From Myxococcota bacterium (GTDB taxonomy: Bacteria > Myxococcota_A > SURF-8 > G963663525): 20,455 nucleotides of DNA. A model generated the notes under the pieces. It ran no database searches, was not told the origin of the DNA, and was given only the letters and a program-made list of their open reading frames with translations. Positions within the stretch are counted from its first letter, which is position 1, and each line of letters opens with the position of its first letter. The position numbers and the translations under genes are program-made. This document shows positions 19,234 to 20,455 of the stretch, piece by piece. Location of the stretch: assembly GCA_963676915.2 (NCBI GenBank), contig CAXXVK010000037.1, positions 1-20,455 of the forward strand, written 5' to 3'.

Positions 19234-19298
19234 TTGGAGAAGGTCGTTCGGTACGGGAAACGCCCGTGACAACGAAACATCCGGAAAGGAGACATCCT

Positions 19299-19622
19299 AT
19301 GAAATCGTCGAATGCCGTGGATAGAAACCGTGAGTTCCTCGATGTGCCAAACCTCGGAAGCAGCCTTTGTGCGAACTGCGCCAATCTCTCGGATTGCAAG
19401 GCGTGGCAATCGAACCAAGGCAGCATTATCGAATGCGAGATGTACGAGTGCTGCTCGTCACCTCAACCGGAACTCGTCGGTGGAAAAAAACAAAACGTTC
19501 CCGAAGCAGCGGAAACGAAAGGACTTCATCTTCTCGGCCTTTGCTCGAATTGCGACCATCGCCGGGATTGCAGCTTGCCGAAACCGTCCTCCGGAGTCTG
19601 GCATTGTGAAATGTACGTGTAA
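19299..19622 (+). CDS. Small Cys-rich protein with a duplicated LCxNCx5C...CEMY motif (107 aa)
   Basis: AAGGAGA RBS before ATG 19299. LCANCANLSDC...IIECEMY and LCSNCDHRRDC...VWHCEMY. Confidence 0.8.
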   Translation: MKSSNAVDRNREFLDVPNLGSSLCANCANLSDCKAWQSNQGSIIECEMYECCSSPQPELVGGKKQNVPEAAETKGLHLLGLCSNCDHRRDCSLPKPSSGVWHCEMYV

Positions 19623-19694
19623 TAAGGTTTTAACCGGGGGTTCGGTCGAGACAAAACTTATTATTTTCATTCGATCAGCAACAGGAGATTTGGT

Positions 19695-20455
19695 ATGACG
19701 AAATCGTTCAACCCCTTCGAGATGGCTCAGGCCCAGTTCGATCATGTAGCGGACATGCTGGGACTCGAATCCGGCGTGCGCGAACTGCTGCGCTGGCCCA
19801 TGCGGGAATTCCACTTCACCATTCCCGTTCGCATGGACGATGGCTCCACCAAGGTTTTTCGGGGCTTCCGCGTGCAGCATAATGATATGAGAGGGCCTTG
19901 CAAGGGTGGCATTCGCTTCCATCCCCAGGAAACATCCGACACCGTACGAGCTTTGGCGTCGTGGATGACCTGGAAATGCGCCGTCGTGGATATCCCATTG
20001 GGCGGTGGCAAAGGTGGTGTAATCTGCGATCCTCGCAAACTGTCTCTTCGTGAGCAGGAGCAGATTTGTCGCGGTTGGGTACGACAGGTATTTCGTAATG
20101 TCGGCCCGGTCTGCGACGTTCCCGCCCCGGACGTTATGACCAACGGACAACACATGCTGTGGATGCTCGACGAGTTCGAAACTCTCGCGGGTGGCCATTA
20201 TCCCGGTTTCATTACCGGCAAACCCATCGGCATGGGCGGTTCCCTGGGTCGTACCGAAGCGACCGGTTTCGGTGTCATGTACTGTGTACGTGAAGCCTTG
20301 AAACGCATGAAGCTCGACATCCACGAGATGTCCGCCGCGTTCCAGGGATTCGGAAACGTATCGCAATACGCCGCGAAACTGTTCAAAGAATACGGTGGCC
20401 GGGTAGTTTGCGTTTCCTGCTGGGATGAAAACGATAACGTGTCGTACACCTACCG
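19695..20455 (+). CDS. gdhA: Glu/Leu/Phe/Val dehydrogenase (glutamate dehydrogenase), truncated by window end
   Basis: Absent from the ORF track; hand translation gives MTKSFNPFEMAQAQFD...FRVQHN..RGPCKGGIRFHP...MTWKCAVVDIPLGGGKGG...DVPAPDV...ITGKP..MGGSLGRTEATGFG...FQGFGNV. CAGGAG RBS. Confidence 0.93.
   Translation, partial: MTKSFNPFEMAQAQFDHVADMLGLESGVRELLRWPMREFHFTIPVRMDDGSTKVFRGFRVQHNDMRGPCKGGIRFHPQETSDTVRALASWMTWKCAVVDIPLGGGKGGVICDPRKLSLREQEQICRGWVRQVFRNVGPVCDVPAPDVMTNGQHMLWMLDEFETLAGGHYPGFITGKPIGMGGSLGRTEATGFGVMYCVREALKRMKLDIHEMSAAFQGFGNVSQYAAKLFKEYGGRVVCVSCWDENDNVSYTY

Noticed and set aside
19458-20366. 302-aa minus-strand ORF
   Set aside because: Antisense to the clear glutamate dehydrogenase frame, which the ORF track missed because it runs off the window.

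Overview
GC-rich bacterial chromosomal window (gene content suggests Deltaproteobacteria/Myxococcota; inference). Housekeeping genes: a partial beta-barrel, FadL-like porin, mgtE (split by a 1-nt frameshift), recO, MsbA-like ABC exporter, SLC12-like permease, pgi, DAG-kinase-family lipid kinase, a receiver-fused PEP-synthase/PPDK-like protein, a Cys-rich protein and a truncated glutamate dehydrogenase. Accessory DNA: GTAG-type REP doublets, a MITE-like element, a pentapeptide-repeat gene with an in-frame TGA, and an intact IS4 with a 9-bp target duplication. The highlight is a complete, compact IS110-family element (14697-15871) inserted at a CT core inside a REP doublet. Its non-coding end reads as a bridge RNA, with guides matching both its REP target and its own donor junction. 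Circularisation would assemble a TTGACT-17bp-TATGAT promoter, and three empty copies of the target lie in the same window.
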